In this document: one piece after another, positions 37,090 to 50,599 of the stretch
Layout of the letters: every line of letters begins with the position of its first letter
Position numbering within the stretch: position 1 is the stretch's first letter
Assembly (NCBI GenBank): GCA_028534125.1
Contig: CM052817.1
Coordinates: 7,690,001 to 7,754,000 of the forward strand
Source of the DNA: Lama glama
Lineage: Eukaryota
Direction: 5' to 3'
DNA length: 64,000 bases
Position numbers and translations under genes: made by a program
Notes under the pieces: generated by a model
Told to the model about the DNA's origin: nothing
The model's database searches: none
The model's input: the letters and a program-made list of their open reading frames with translations, nothing else

Positions 37090-37260
37090 TTCTATGTATT
37101 TTTGTCATAGAATCACCTGGAGCACCTGATACAAATATACATTTTCAGGCCTCCACCTCGAACTCTTGACTGGGTAAGTCTGAGATACGGGTTAAACATG
37201 TGAAATTTAAACGATCGCCCCAGGTCGTTTTTATGACTAAGCAAAGTCTGAATTTCCTGC
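37090..37260. mobile_element. MER5A-like hAT-Charlie MITE
   Basis: tagaatcacctggagcacctgatacaaatatacattttcaggcctccacc...tttaaacgatcgccccaggt. Confidence 0.65.
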
Positions 37261-39033
37261 TGCACCAAGCTACCTTCCCAGAGGTATCCAAAGTGTCAAA
37301 ATATCCCAGAGTGTTGAAATAGCCCAAGACAGATAAGGGGCAAAAGACGTTAAATATCTCCACCACAGTCTTTATCATCTCCTTTTCCTTCCATTCGTTT
37401 ACCCATCCACTTTATTTTATGAACAACAAAAATACATTCATGTCATGTCAACTCAGCTTAAAGCACCCCTTTCAACACAGTAGCCCCACCAAGACTCTCC
37501 CATCCAAAAATGCTGATATTCACCCCAAAGAACAATGGACTTTAAGTTGATCAGTCTCATTCTAGAAACTTTAAGCCAAAAAAGAGCAAAGCAAATGATT
37601 ACCCACATTAATGTGATTTGAAGTGAACTGAAAGTTCTCTTTCTTAACTCTCCCTTTCCATTCTCTGGCTTTTTGTGTCTCATCAATTTTCCCATGTCTA
37701 TTTTTCTGAAATTTGCATAGATTCATAATCTATGAACCTATCTCTTGCCACTGAGCTTTGAAGTGCTTGTGAGTCCTCATTTATTCAAGTGAGCCTTCTA
37801 AGATCCTCCCCATAAACAGACTATTGTGGAGGAGTCAACTTCAAGTCAGTGTTTGTGAAACATTTCCGCTGAAGTTCCCCTAATGACAGAGGAAATTTCC
37901 TTGTGCCCCTGTGAAAACAAAACTGTAGGATTGTACAGAAAGCATGAGATTCATGTGAAGTTTTCTATTTTATCTTAAAATTTCACGTGGACTTGGCTTT
38001 CTAACTTAAAGTATATCCATAATTGTTTTAATATAAAAATCCCACTTTCTACAATATCTTTAAATAAAATTGAACCTCCACATGTTATATAAATATATAT
38101 ATATGTTTTTCTTGTCTAAAGGTTTTGCCATCCCTGGGGGCAGATGAAGATACACGGCATTCATCTACCTTCATGCGTTAACACCACAGCCTAAATAAAT
38201 TTACTAGATCAGATAATTTTCTAAGACAAATGTGACCCAAGATAGGAATTCTTCAAATAGGAAATGGGAACGCCCCAAGCAAGAGAAGTTCCAGAGTCTG
38301 CACATACCCTGATGCTGAACATTTAATGAAAGGTACTCAATCTGTTGACCAGTCAGCTGGAGTAGAGGCATCACGTGGGGTCAGATTCTGCTTCCCAAGT
38401 CTCTCTGTCCTTCAACTTCAGACTGAGCAGTTAAGACTAAATTATTTGCTAGATTAGATGTTGCTTCCACAAACACTGTCACATTTGATCTTCATTATAG
38501 AAATAACAAAACAAATTGTTATCCAACGTGAACAGAGAAAAAGATGAGGAACAGCAAGATTACAAGACTTGCCCAGAAACTTGCATCATTCTAGTCTTTC
38601 TCCACCCTCCCATATTTCTTCTGTGTGCAGCAATATCTTAGATATTTCCGGAAGTATGCTGTATTTTGTAAATGACAGCTAAACTGACTTTATTATTCCA
38701 ATTTAACAAGATTGTGAGGGCAAAGCTTAGAACTGCTGCTCAATTCTTCAATCCCAGTGAGTGTGGTATTATTACAAAAACACATGCTGTATTGCAAAAA
38801 TGCTAATAATAATTTGACTAATAATATTTGCGCACTTTCCTACATACCAGCTTTCAGAGTATAAATATGGAACTGTGCATCCCCTAACTGAAACAGTTCC
38901 TTCTGAGTTATCACTGGAAAATCAAGAGACTCTATTTTTAAGTTCCAAAGGGCTGGCCTGAAGTCAATATTTGTAAATATTAACTACCATATTTTTTCTT
39001 CTGAAGAGTCCGATCTGATAACAAGGAAACCAA

Positions 39034-39170
39034 ATTGGATTGGGATCTGCGTTAAATAAAACTCTCCATTTACGTGAAATGTGCCTTTTAGCCAGAATGG
39101 ATGGGGGTATAAAAAGAGGCACAATCCAGCTCAAAGAGGCCCTGACTCTTTATCGTCCATCAGTCAAGGT
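39034..39170 (+). promoter_or_regulatory. Candidate TATA/CCAAT core promoter (unverified)
   Basis: ATTGG at 39034 and 39039, TACGTG at 39071, TATAAAAAG at 39108-39116, in sequence with no recognisable repeat. Confidence 0.25.
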
Positions 39171-39960
39171 GAAAAGCTCACTGAAACTGCAGTGAGATTG
39201 GATTTAACATAAACTTCCTGAGCTGAATTCCATTATTGCTAAAATAACTAGAAGGAAACCATTTAAATATTTTCCAGAATGCCAATATTGGGGTTTATTC
39301 AGCTTTTGACTAATAGAATTTTGGGAAGCGTTCATCATCCAAGTGTCAAGAATTGCTTAAGTTTTATATCTAGACAGAACATTAAAGAGTGTTATTTCAA
39401 ACTTCCTCCTAATGAAAGACATCCTAATAGAATTGAACCAACTGCTTCTTCAAATGTCCAGTTGTGGTTATCATTACTTCCCAAGAAGCTTAATTCCATT
39501 GTTGGACATAAAATTATGTTGGTAGATACAAACCAAAGTAAAGTGAAATACTGCAGCCCCCAGCCAGAGAAAAGAAATGGTTGACACATTTCTCACATAC
39601 TTCTTATGATATAGGTTTGATATGGTCTTGGTGAGAGCAGTTAATAGTTCAAACATCTGCTAGAAATCCCATTCAGTCAAAAGAAAAACAGGCACTAATT
39701 TCTTAACTCACCCACTGATCACTTCCATTTTCAGAACATAGAGTCAAAGAAATACTGTGCGGACATTAGTCTTAAGAAGTAATTGCTGGTTATGTGGAAA
39801 TGATTTGAACTCGAAAAACGAATTATTACATTATATTAAATTTCATATAATTGAGAAAATCAACATGGCACAGAACTGGACATGAGGCAACAATCAAAAA
39901 GCCAAAATTTTTTTAAATTGTATAATCTCAAGATGTTAATTTACTTATCCTATTACCTTT

Positions 39961-40112
39961 AACTATTCTTTATTTTATTTTTGTTTTGCTTTGTTTTGTT
40001 TTGCGGGGGGAGTGATTAGGTTATTTATGTATTTAATGGAGGTACCGGGGACTGAACCCAGGACCTCGTGCATGCTAGTCACACACGCTACCGCTGTGCT
40101 ATGCCCTCCCTC
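39961..40112 (-). mobile_element. tRNA-Ala-derived SINE (camelid vic-1-like) with TSD
   Basis: Minus strand reads gggagggcatagcacagcggtag...ctagcatgcacgaggtcctgggttcagtccccggtacctcca + (CAAAA)n tail; TSD acttatcct[a/g]ttaccttt at 39943-39960 and 40113-40130. Confidence 0.9.
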
Positions 40113-40849
40113 ACTTATCCTGTTACCTTTTCACTGTTTGATATTTATTGAGCACCTACTGTGTGTCTGGCTCTGTGAAATACCACAGCGGATAATATAT
40201 TCTCTGACCAAGGGAGTCTGCAATTTAGCTGAAAAGACAAATCAAGGGCTCAGGGTGTGACGATAACTCTAACAGAGAAAGTCGCGCCCTCTGGATCTTA
40301 CCCTTTTCCTGTGTACTTTGCAGGATTTGGGCAAGGAGTTCTTTGAGTCTCCTTATAGTTTTAAGTCAATGACTCCTAAACAGTTACAGGCAATTATATC
40401 ATTAGTTTGAGGGTTTATTCCAATGTTCAGCTGACTTCAACACACTTTTAAAACACCTCTAATCAGCATTCCAGGGGTGAGTGAGATTGGGAACGAGAGG
40501 CAAGGGAACTAGCACTTTCAAGTACCTAATACTGTTAGTTACAATTACACTTGGTATTTTACCTGCAATATCTAATTTCACCAGGAGAAAAATCCCACTG
40601 AGCTAAGTAGTGTATTAATTTTATGGCTGGGGAAACTAAAGTTGAATGGGTTCTACCACATGTCTGAGATCACACACTAGTGAGGACTGAGACAGGATTA
40701 GAACCTTCTAGAGTCTTAGCAAAACATCACATTGTAAGGCTAAGACGATCCATTTTCTGGGGCTTGAAAACTGTATTCTGTGTTCGGCTTTTTCCACGTC
40801 CTTTATCCGATACCATCGATGTGGACATGGTCAGTCTGCTGGATGGAAT

Positions 40850-40990
40850 TTAATTCAATAACGCCTTCAACTCACATTCCCAAAATGCACCTGTCCATCT
40901 TGGAGATACGAAGATGAATGAGACATGGTTCCTTCCTTCAAGGAGTTTAAGTCTAGCGAAGGAGACAGAGTGTAAGCACAGAGACAGAGA
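40850..40990 (-). mobile_element. L2 3' end relic
   Basis: ttaattcaataacg...ggagatacgaagatgaatgagacatggttccttccttcaaggagtttaagtctag. Confidence 0.7.
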
Positions 40991-41044
40991 ACAGTGCGAG
41001 TGTGTCTGATGGACGTTTAAACCCGACGCCACTGTTCACGGAAC

Positions 41045-41960
41045 CACTGCTCACAGGCTCCATGACTGGACTCCACCCGCCTCTCTCTCCTCCACTCTCT
41101 CCTCTCTCCCACCAACACCCAGCCCCAGTAACATTTTCTCAGTCCCTGAACATCTCAGGCAGCCTTTCTTTCAGGTCGTAACACACTTGTTTCCTCTAGA
41201 AGCCCCGGTTCCTCCGCCCACATCACTCTTCCCCATACCATTGACACCTCCACTTGTTTAACCCCTACTCGTCCTTCAGAACAGGTCTCAACCTGTGACC
41301 CTCTCCAGTCTGCAGTAGATGCCCTGCTTGTTCGAACCATATTACCTTGGGAGAGGCCTGGTGAAGCCAGACACAGTTCAAGAGAAAGAAACCGGAAAGA
41401 GTTTTATAGTTTTGTTACTCAGTTCCCCGGGGAAAACACAGCACGCCATGCAGGGCCATGTGGGGAAGCACCCAGGTGAGTCACAAAGTGGAGGGAGAAG
41501 GGGGAGCTGTGGGCAAATGCCTTTACGGTGGCATCACTAGGAAGGAACGGGCAAGGCGAGGTAAGCAGGCTTAGGACAGGCTACTTGGAACAACTTCAGC
41601 AAGCTCTGGGGCACAGCGGTTGGCCTTGGTACTTGGCCTTGGGGACATGAGGGCAGGTTTACAGTGGTTCAGAGCGTGCAAGCCCAGAAAAGGAGGTGGT
41701 TGGAGACGCAGACTTCATCAGCTGCTCAGGAAGAGGAACTGGCCTCTTGCCAATGTCTCAAACTGGGTCAAGACAGCATTTTTTAAAACTTTATTTTAGT
41801 GCTTCAGCTCAGACACCTTGAACAACTCCTATCAGAAAGTGCATCTTGTAATTCCTTATTGAGTTTTTTTGCCTTTCCTACTTGATTAAATCAGCTCTGT
41901 GAGGGCAGGAACCACCTCAGCATTCAGCATTTAGGAGATACATGATGAATGTTTTGAATG
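41045..41960 (+). mobile_element. L2 relic interrupted by an LTR
   Basis: aggctccatgactggactccacc...acccctactcgtccttcaga before, and ctctgtgagggcaggaacc...tgaatgttttgaatga after, the LTR. Confidence 0.6.
41329..41797 (-). mobile_element. ERVL solo LTR (MER74/MER73-like)
   Basis: cacgccatgcagggccatgtggggaagcacc...ggaaggaacgggcaaggcgaggtaagcaggcttagga...aactgggtcaagacagcatttt. Confidence 0.75.
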
Positions 41961-44489
41961 AAAGGTAATGGCTCTTAACTTGTGTTTTGAAGGATGAATA
42001 GAAGTTCCCTAGGAGCAGATGAGCTGAGTGGGAAACCTAGACAAAAGGAAGAGTAAGCCAAAAACTGAAATGTGCTGGAAAGTGTTAGTTTTGGGATGAC
42101 AAATGGTTTTAGGTTTTTTAGGTTAGCATTCAGAAAGAAATATCAAAGCGTAATGAGACTAGAGAAGATAACTTAAGGTTTGATTAGGAAAAAATTTATA
42201 TGTTGGGCAAAGGGATTTGGATTCTATCCAACATACAGTGGGGTGTCGTTAGGCCCCAGCACAAGAAGATGACCAAACCAGTAAGTACCATGGGTTGCTT
42301 CTCAATATGGGAAAATTAGGAAACATCGAATGTGTCCTACCATAAAAGGCGCCCAGTGCTCAGCCGGCCCACTTCTAAGCACAAATGTTCCTACCTCTAT
42401 AGCCAGGCTCTGCATTCAGTTCATGACAGGGTCCATGATGGGACAGTGCCATGTTGGTAAACCTGGCAATGAGCCACCGAGAACTCCCTCAGCTCTTGCA
42501 CCAATAGACTCCGTCTTTTCCCAGTGCAGTGCAGATGAAAAAGAAACCTGTGGACAGTGCATATTTCCAAGTAAATGTAATGCCTAATATATGAAATTGC
42601 TAAAGTCATAAAAAAAATCTGGTCTCCAGGCAGTTTATATTTCTCTAATGATGATCCAACTATCTTTAAATGACTGTTTAATAACTACCCTGCTCCCTTA
42701 TTAAGGAAAAAACCATACACGGTGTGATACTGTACTATGGTTTATTATTTTTCTTCAGACACAGACATGACACCATAATATTAAGAAGTCATGTCTTTGG
42801 CCATATTCAAATAAACAAAATACACTGAAAGCCATAATCTGTGAAGGATCGCAGGGTTTCCATCAGAAAATGAAAATGTAGATGCAGACATCCGATTTGC
42901 TCAGCTCCTTCAGGAACCCTTTACAGCCTGTTCCGTGCGAGACACAAAAGGCTTTTGTGACGCACATGCTGTGCATCACAAGTGGAGAGCCCGGGCCAAA
43001 GAAAATATACAGTTACCAGAAGAATAAACCCAGGATGAAAAGCACAGAGGTAGCATCGATAGACGTCTAATGCGCCATTGGCCCCATCTGGTTAGAATCA
43101 CATCATCAAAATTAGAGCCAGAGTAGACCTTCCAGGTCATCCCACCTGTCCCCCTGCCAACACAACAGTCATCTTTTTGAGGACCAGGTCCAGTGCAATT
43201 TTATCTGTCTCAGGAGACAAGAATTCCACAGATTCTGTGGGCAAGATATTTACCATGTTTAAAGAGGCAAGTGTAGTCACAGTCGAGATTTCAGTCAGCA
43301 AAAGAAATGAATTCAGCCTTTGAAACAGAAGGGACTGGCTTCTCAGAGCAGACATTCTCCTAGTGAAAGACAAAGAGCTCGGTGCCCAGAGAATCACCAC
43401 TGCGATGGAAATGAGAATTCCTGCGAGCCATGTAAGGATTTAAGGGAGCCTCAGAACTGCCAAGGGACTTTCTAGAATCAGTCCAAGGAAATGCTACACA
43501 GTGTTCAAACCTTTCTTCCTTGGTACAAATGGGACTGGAACGGTTGTGATCAGGAACCAGCTAAGGTGCTGGAAACAGAGGTGAGCTGGAAATCAGATCC
43601 ATAGGTTCTCATCAGAGATGACAGAGGACACCTTCCTTTTATTTGGAGGTGGTGGACGAAAGGAGGACGATCGCATATTAAGAGAAATCCTACACGAAGA
43701 GCCAAGAGGTAGAGTCAGAACACATGTCAGATTTTCTAGGGTCTGAAGGTAGCATCAAATACATGTCAATGGAGTCAAGAGTTTGGAAGCAGGGAGATAA
43801 GATCTAGTATAAACTTTGAGAAGTTTGAGGTCAAAAGGAATGAGGGGCACCTAAATGACTACCTTTAAGAGACATTTTAAAGTTATTTTTATATAGTCAG
43901 AAATTTCATTTAAAAGAAGTGTTCTATATGATGTTTGATGCATATGTAACAGACAGGAACACCAGCATTTCTGAGTGAAGCATGAGTTGGGATGAGGTGA
44001 GTAGGGAATTCTGGAGCCCTCCTGCCCAAACCCACCTGTTTCTACAGAGGACCTTGCCTCACTTCTGCAGAACCCCCGGCATTGATTTAAAAATACCAAT
44101 TTTCAACTGCAGAATTAATGATTAATTATGTTGAGTATTCTGCAGTGGGGCATGTCAAAGGTGAATTCTGCCCATGGAACTCAGAACTTATTTTATTTAA
44201 GCTAATATCCTGTTATTTTGCACACACACACAAATGTAGCTGGTAGTTGTCACAACTCCCAGTCTTACCCATCTCAGCAGAGCGTGTGCCATCCTGCCTT
44301 CATGGATCAGCAGAGCAGGCTGGTCCAGCCTGAAGGATGCGGGGCGGGGAGTACGGCTGGGAGACAGAGCGGTGCATAGAGCTGAGAAAAGATGAGAAAA
44401 TAGCCAAAGTAGAAAACAGGAGAGGAGTTAGAAAAATAAAACCAGTCAGTAACAAGAACATCTGGGATGAAACCTGGGTACTGACGGTG

Positions 44490-45038
44490 TAGCCAATGTT
44501 CTTGTTTCCTAAAGGAAACAGGTACACCGTCCTCCTTTCTTGCTAACAACAATGTTACTTTGTTTGGATAACACACCCTCCTCCACCCAGCCTTGTGCTT
44601 AACTAGACCAGTCACAGTAATTCCATGCCTCTTGCCAGTAATTGACTTAGGGAAGGAGAACTGACCTATGGAAGCTGACCATATGCCGTTGTGGACAGAG
44701 GGGAGGTCTGACAGGGAGCTGCTGCTGCTGCTCCTGCAGTGGCGTGACTGGAGTAAGACGTGTAAGTGAGACTCTTCCTAGACATATCTTTTCCTAGATC
44801 CTGGAACAACTGGACCCACAGCGGTCGTCTGTGACTAGGAGGGGACATACTGAGTAGCAATGTTGACACAGACAGCTTGAGTCCTTGATGTCGTGGCTGA
44901 ATCACAAAATTACCCAGCCTTGGAAACGCCCCACTTTGGAGTTTCTCTCTGTAGAGGAAACGTCAGCTTTTTTCTTATCACTTACGTTAAGTGAAGCAGG
45001 GGATTCTGTTAGCAGCAAGCTAAGCATCCCAGCTGATA
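44490..45038 (+). mobile_element. MaLR solo LTR (MLT1K-like)
   Basis: ccagtcacagtaattccatgcctcttgccagtaattgacttaggga...tgagtccttgatgtcgtggctga...tctgttagcagcaagctaagcatcccagctgata. Confidence 0.7.
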
Positions 45039-45324
45039 GTGGAGAAAGCAGCTTTATAACCCAGCTCACACCTGTTATCCCGTGAGGTGTTCCTTGTACA
45101 CGTTATTCAGTATCTATCACTAAACTGACACTTTTCTTAAAGCATCAAATATTCATTCCACAGAGAAGGACCGAGAAATAGGATGAAAGGGAAAAAATGG
45201 CTGCTTTTGTGAGATGAAGTCACTTTCATCACAGCGTTTAAGAAACAGTTTAAAAATATTTACGCACATTGGACTGACAAAGACCAGGTAGGAGAAAGAA
45301 ACATCTTTGGAGAAACCAAGGAAA

Positions 45325-45450
45325 ATAAATTGATACTGTCTGTGAGTTCTTTGAGAGTAAGCACCATGTTTTGTCTATTGTTAGGCATCCTATACTCAGC
45401 AACATGCCTGGCACAAGGTAGGTGCTCTGTAAAGACAGAATTAAGTAGCA
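45325..45450 (+). mobile_element. L2 3' end relic
   Basis: ctgtgagttcttgagagtaagcaccatgttttgtc...catgcctggcacaaggtaggtgctc. Confidence 0.75.
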
Positions 45451-45779
45451 GGAGGAGATTAGAGATCTGGTAATTTATTCTTAGTTTCATCCAGGCATTT
45501 CCCAGTTGCTTATGGCATGTTTGAGTAGATGAGGCTGGGCTGCTACTAAGTCCAGACATTAGAACCAGTTAAACGTTAGTTGTGAGCGTGCCATAACCAT
45601 GAGAGTCTTGAGACAGAGACTGTTGACTGTTCATTAAAATTAAAATCCATGTTCAACTTCCCAGGATGGCAATAACAATCACAATGAAAAAATCTAAAAC
45701 CTGTGGGCACGAGCGTCACCACTTACAATCTGACATATCCTACCTCCAGTGATCTTTCCCACGGTCCTGGGCCCACACC

Positions 45780-46114
45780 AGGCTATAGTTTCCAGGTGCT
45801 CATGCATGATTTGGCCATGTGAGTGTGTTCTAGACAACAGAATGTGAGTGGACTTGATGGGGGCCATTTCTGGGCATAGCTTTTAAGAGGTTAAGCGTGT
45901 TGTCTCTATATCCTCCTTTCACTGTCCTACCGGGTAGTAAGGATAGAATGAAACTCCAGAGAGAGCCAGAGCCACGAGCTGGGAGTTGCCTGGGTCTGTG
46001 AATTATTGCTGTTGAACTATCAACATCAACCAGAAATAATCTGCTATTCACATGGACTACTTATAAATTCTTCCATTTTTTTGTTACCATAGTTTAGCCT
46101 ACTTTAAATAATGC
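45780..46114 (+). mobile_element. MaLR LTR (MLT1I/J-like)
   Basis: ggccatgtgagtgtgttctagacaacagaatgtgagtgga...ttgttaccatagtttagcctac...aatgca. Confidence 0.6.
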
Positions 46115-46203
46115 AGCTTGTCCACATCTATTTGGCTTGTGAGCATACCACCAGCCTTGTCAACATCTCAGGATGGTAGGGAGAACCATGTTTTTTAAAA
46201 TTA

Positions 46204-46268
46204 CTACGCTGTACACCAGAAACTAACACAACATTGTAAATAAACTGTTCTTCAATTTTTTTAAAAAA
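46204..46268 (+). mobile_element. Very short L1 3' tip
   Basis: gctgtacaccagaaactaacacaacattgtaaataaactgttcttcaattttttaaaaaa. Confidence 0.8.
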
Positions 46269-46279
46269 CTTGCAATGAA

Positions 46280-46490
46280 AACGGATGTGCTTTGCAGTTC
46301 ATGATGCCTTACCATACACTATCTGGTATGGTCCTCCCATCAACCCCATAAAATAAGCAGGGTAGATGTTACCATCCTCGTTTCAGAGGTGAGAAATCCA
46401 CGATCAAGGAGATTAAACAAATTGCCTAAATCCACTGAGTCCTAGACTTCGAATTTAAGCATAAATTCCCTCGATTCCAAATTCTTTGCT
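46280..46490 (-). mobile_element. MIR SINE relic
   Basis: ttaccatcctcgtttcagaggtgagaaatccacgatcaaggagattaaacaaattgcctaa. Confidence 0.65.
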
Positions 46491-46794
46491 TTTCTTGTAA
46501 ATAGGCTGAGTGTCTGTCTCTGTCTCAAATATTTTCTTGATGGATAGCTTGATTGCAGCAATCCCCTAGAGGGACTGGGGATTATTTTAGAAGATTCAAC
46601 TCACTTGAATTCTAAATATGGAATCTAAATATGGAAGGATTTCTCATTCCAGAGGATTTAGCAATGAAGTTGGCTCTACCACAGGTTATTTTTCTTTGTA
46701 GCGTCTCAGTGTCTCAGACTAGGTTGACTCCCACAGAGGTTACCGAGCTCATACTCCTCCAAAACAAAAACTTCCCAGACACATCCCTGAGAAC

Positions 46795-47075
46795 TGGTCA
46801 GCCTCTACTTGATCACCTCCACTGATGGTGTGCTCACTACTTCAAAAGCTTTCTTAACATGTCGGTAAGGTAACCAACACATTCTGGTTTGCCCAGAACT
46901 TTCTCAATTTTATAACCTAAATTCCCCAGGACCGGAAACCATTCAGTCCTGACTTAATCAGAAGGGTCAGTGACCCTTCCACTACTGAACAATGGAAATT
47001 ATTAAAACACTTTTTTAATTGAAATAAAACCAGCTTTGCTACAACTTCTACTTGGTTTTCTTGTTTTGCCCTCTT
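46795..47075 (-). mobile_element. L3/CR1 relic interrupted by MER81
   Basis: cagcctctacttgatcacctccactgatggtgtgctcactacttc, resuming after the MITE with aattattaaaacacttttttaattgaaat...ttttgccctct. Confidence 0.55.
46866..46978. mobile_element. MER81-like hAT-Blackjack MITE
   Basis: taaggtaaccaacacattctggtttgcccagaact...ggaaaccattcagtcctg...gtgaccct. Confidence 0.65.
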
Positions 47076-48899
47076 CAGTGTCCATTATTCAACCAAAATT
47101 TGTTTCTTGCTGATCTCTGGATAATCTCTGGTTTTCTATAGCCCCCAAATCATGCACAAAACTACACTTTTAAGCATTGCTCTATCATAAGCCATGGGAT
47201 CGCTGGATCATAGATCTAAACTTCTAATCTTTCTAATCTTTAGGTTCGATAGACAGGGACTGACGACACAGTAGCAACAATCCATATCCCCTAAATCAGT
47301 TATTCTCCCTATAAGCCCCTTGTGTAAGCCTTTTGAAATTGTTTTCCTGGTTCCCCAAGTTGAGTTTCATGATAGACTTACTGACAATAAAAATAAATGC
47401 ACTCTTATTATAACCTATCATAGGTAAACATAATTTATTAATTCATAATAATTGATTCTTATGCAGAAAATAGTTATTTTTTTCATTACATGCTCTAGAG
47501 GAAGAAAAATTGTCTTCTAAGATTTCACCTCACCACTGAGCTTAATGTGCCTCTGAGAACTGAGCGCTTTTTTCTTTCTTTTCTTTTTTTCTAGTACGAG
47601 TGCACCACTTACTCTACGGGGAAGGGAACAGTCTCTACATTACTGGGTACTGAGGGACCACCAAAACCAGGAAATTTGTGTTTTATGAGTGGTCCCCAAA
47701 TCAAAGTAACAGGGTTATGGCCAACATCATCCTCTCACTCCCACTGGGTTCTTTTGGAGAGGTGCTTTGGGGGCAAAAGAAACTTTTGCAGTGAAAAGCA
47801 CATCTATTTCATTGATTTCCTTCCTGCTGGAAATCAAGACTGGGATCCTAATAGGCCATATGGCTTCTGCTCCAACCAGACAGCTCTCTTTATGCTGTTT
47901 GGATTTTCTTGCCACTTTCAAGATCTGTTACCTGGTAGAATACTTCATAAACCTAGTTCTTAAATATATAGTTTCTGTACATAGCAAAAATTTCTTTAAA
48001 AGGTGAATAAAATCCTGACTACCATGATGAGTCTTAGGGAATTATTAAAAATTAAAAAAAAATTTTTTTTTGAATCTGAGTTTTTTGAGAAGCAAAAGTT
48101 TTAGGTTGACAGTACCTTGGGAAAGTTAATAGTATAGTCTTGTAAATGGAGTAAAGTTTTTAAGGCTAAGTTTTTTAAACTGCAGGAAGTTAGGATGAAA
48201 TGGGACTTTAGAGATCAGTAAGTTCAATCATGCTCATTTTACAGATGGGAAAATTAAAGTCCAGGGAACACAGATCATCACACTGACCATCAGTAGCAGA
48301 GTTCTGAAGACGACCAAACTGACCTCTCACTTTTAACTCAACAAGCTGGACAGTGATTCTTTACCTCTAGGGAGCGAAGAAGCTCTTTGAGAACTGGATT
48401 GATATCATGGAACCTGGTGAAAATGCACATACACTCAGGATTTCTTGGTCTTTTCAGGAGATTTATATACTATGCGAGGTTCATCTTTGGATCCCACTGG
48501 GCCATGAGATGTCTTTCCAAGGGAACAACTGGGGTAATTTCTAGCTGGGCTCTATATTAAGTGGGAAAATCAAATAAGAATTTAATTATTTGAAATTCAA
48601 TACTTTTTAAAGAGAAATCAACTTGTTGTTTTACATTCATTTTATGGTCTTAAGCAACTTCTACACAAACAAATTATTTGGGCATTAGGGTAAAAATAAA
48701 AAATGTACCTCAAGGGTTAGTAGGGTCGGACTTGGCCAAGGTCACCCTAGGATATCTAGCTCTGATTGTTCTAAATCTTACTGTGAGTCAAACTCCTTTA
48801 CAAATGTAGGGAAAACAGGTTAATATTTTTTATATCTGTCTTCCCAGTTTTAGCATGATTTGCATAATCTGACTATACTGCGTGTCTCTGATAAACAAT

Positions 48900-49390
48900 G
48901 ATAAATAACTGATATTAGTAACTAATGTTTACTGTGCTCTGTATACAAAGCGTGTGCCAATGGATTTATGTATTGTATCTCTTCACAACAGAAGAGGGTG
49001 GGTTTTATTATATACATTTTTACTGTTAAAAGGAATCAGATCCCACAGAGGTTTAAACATTTCCCAAGGCCATCAGCTAGAGCCACGGTTCTCTAACCAG
49101 AAAAATCACCCCACTCCACCTCAAGCAAAGAGATATTTGGCGACGCCTGGAGGCATTTTTAATCATCGTAACTGGGAAGATTCTATTCACAGCTAGTAGG
49201 TAGAGGCCAGAAAAGCCACTGAACATCCTACAATGTACCAGACAGACCCCACCCCCCTCCACACACACACAAAGAATTATTGGCCCAAAATGTCAATAAT
49301 GCTGAGGTTGAGAAACCCCAAACTAGTAAGTGACACACTGAGGATTCAAATCTAAAGAATATGATTCCAGAGTGCACACTCAGTATCTGC
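48900..49390 (-). mobile_element. MIR relic split by MER20
   Basis: cagaggtttaaacatttcccaaggccatcagctag | taagtgacacactgaggattcaaatc is continuous across the insertion. Confidence 0.7.
49083..49320. mobile_element. MER20 hAT-Charlie element
   Basis: ccacggttctctaacc...tatttggcgacgcctggaggcattttt...aaagaattattggcccaaaatgtcaataatgctgaggttgagaaaccc; degenerate 8-bp TSD agctagag/aactagta. Confidence 0.9.
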
Positions 49391-50599
49391 TCTCAAAATG
49401 CATGTCTAATATTATATATTTTATCAAAATACTGATAATAATTATCTATCATTTTGCAAAAGGTTGTTGTGCTCACTTGACAGTGTATGACCCACAGTTG
49501 TAGGGTCTACGATACGAGACTGAATAATTCTTGGTAGACATGGCAAAATCCAAATGCATATACATACCACAGGGCTGCTGAGAAGGACAGAGCCTGCTTA
49601 AGAGAATCGCAGTGGCCAGGTTCACCCTAACAGGGCATCAATACTTAAAGAAGTATTTTTAAAATCTTAGTTGGGTCACATTTTATTGAGGGAGGTGCCT
49701 TGCAGAGAATGATGGAACTAAAATTAAGCAAAGCTGTGTGCTTAATATTAAATTATTTTCCCCAAACATCTTTTGTGCAATGAGCTGGGATCGGTCTGAT
49801 TATTACAGCTGTAGCTCAAGGTTTGCACCCAGAAAGCTGGCACCCAGGCTGGCATGGGCTTTAGCTAAGTATAGGCCATCAGCTCCATGCTCTGCTCTGG
49901 GCAGAGAGCAAGCTGAAGCCTCACGTCCTGATCCACCACTTCCCTGGTAGGTGCCCGGCGTACTCTCAGAGACCAGTAAAGAAACCATGACTTAGTGGAG
50001 CCAGAGCAGGCTACGAACGGAGCAATACTACACTGCGGGGCAGAGATGCACCCTTTGGACTGGGGCTGACTTCTACAGCTGTCGTTTTGATAGGTTCATC
50101 AGAAAAGGAAATCGTAACAATCCTGGCAATTGCCCTCACTCAGTCAGTCATGAAACCCAGACCCCACTTAGTATTTGCATTAAGCCAATAGAGCATTAAG
50201 GTAAGGCTCCAATGCGGTACAGGAACGAATGCCTGTCCTTTGTGCCGGGTATTCAGTTTATATTCATTTCACAAGAGTTTCATGAGCATTTGGTGTTAAT
50301 TGTACAATTTTTCACAGGCCACACACTGGCAAAACCAAGGAGGACACAAGACCATTATTATGCTCCTGGAATTTTCACGCTAATTTGAAAAATAACCAAT
50401 AAGACTGTTACGAATAATGAACTATTCATTTATTCAGCAGACATTTTTTAAAAAATCTACTGTGTGCAAAGTACTGTGCCAGGTATAAAAGGAAAACATA
50501 TATATATATATGAGCCCTTTCCTCAAAAAGCTTGTAACGCAGTGGAAGAAGCAGACAGGTGGTATGGGAAAAATGAAAGAAAAGAAATGGGAAAGAGAA

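Noticed and set aside
40037..40110. tRNA-Ala gene (also 61775-61851)
   Set aside because: The tRNA-like head is mutated, followed by a SINE tail and bracketed by TSDs, so it is a SINE.
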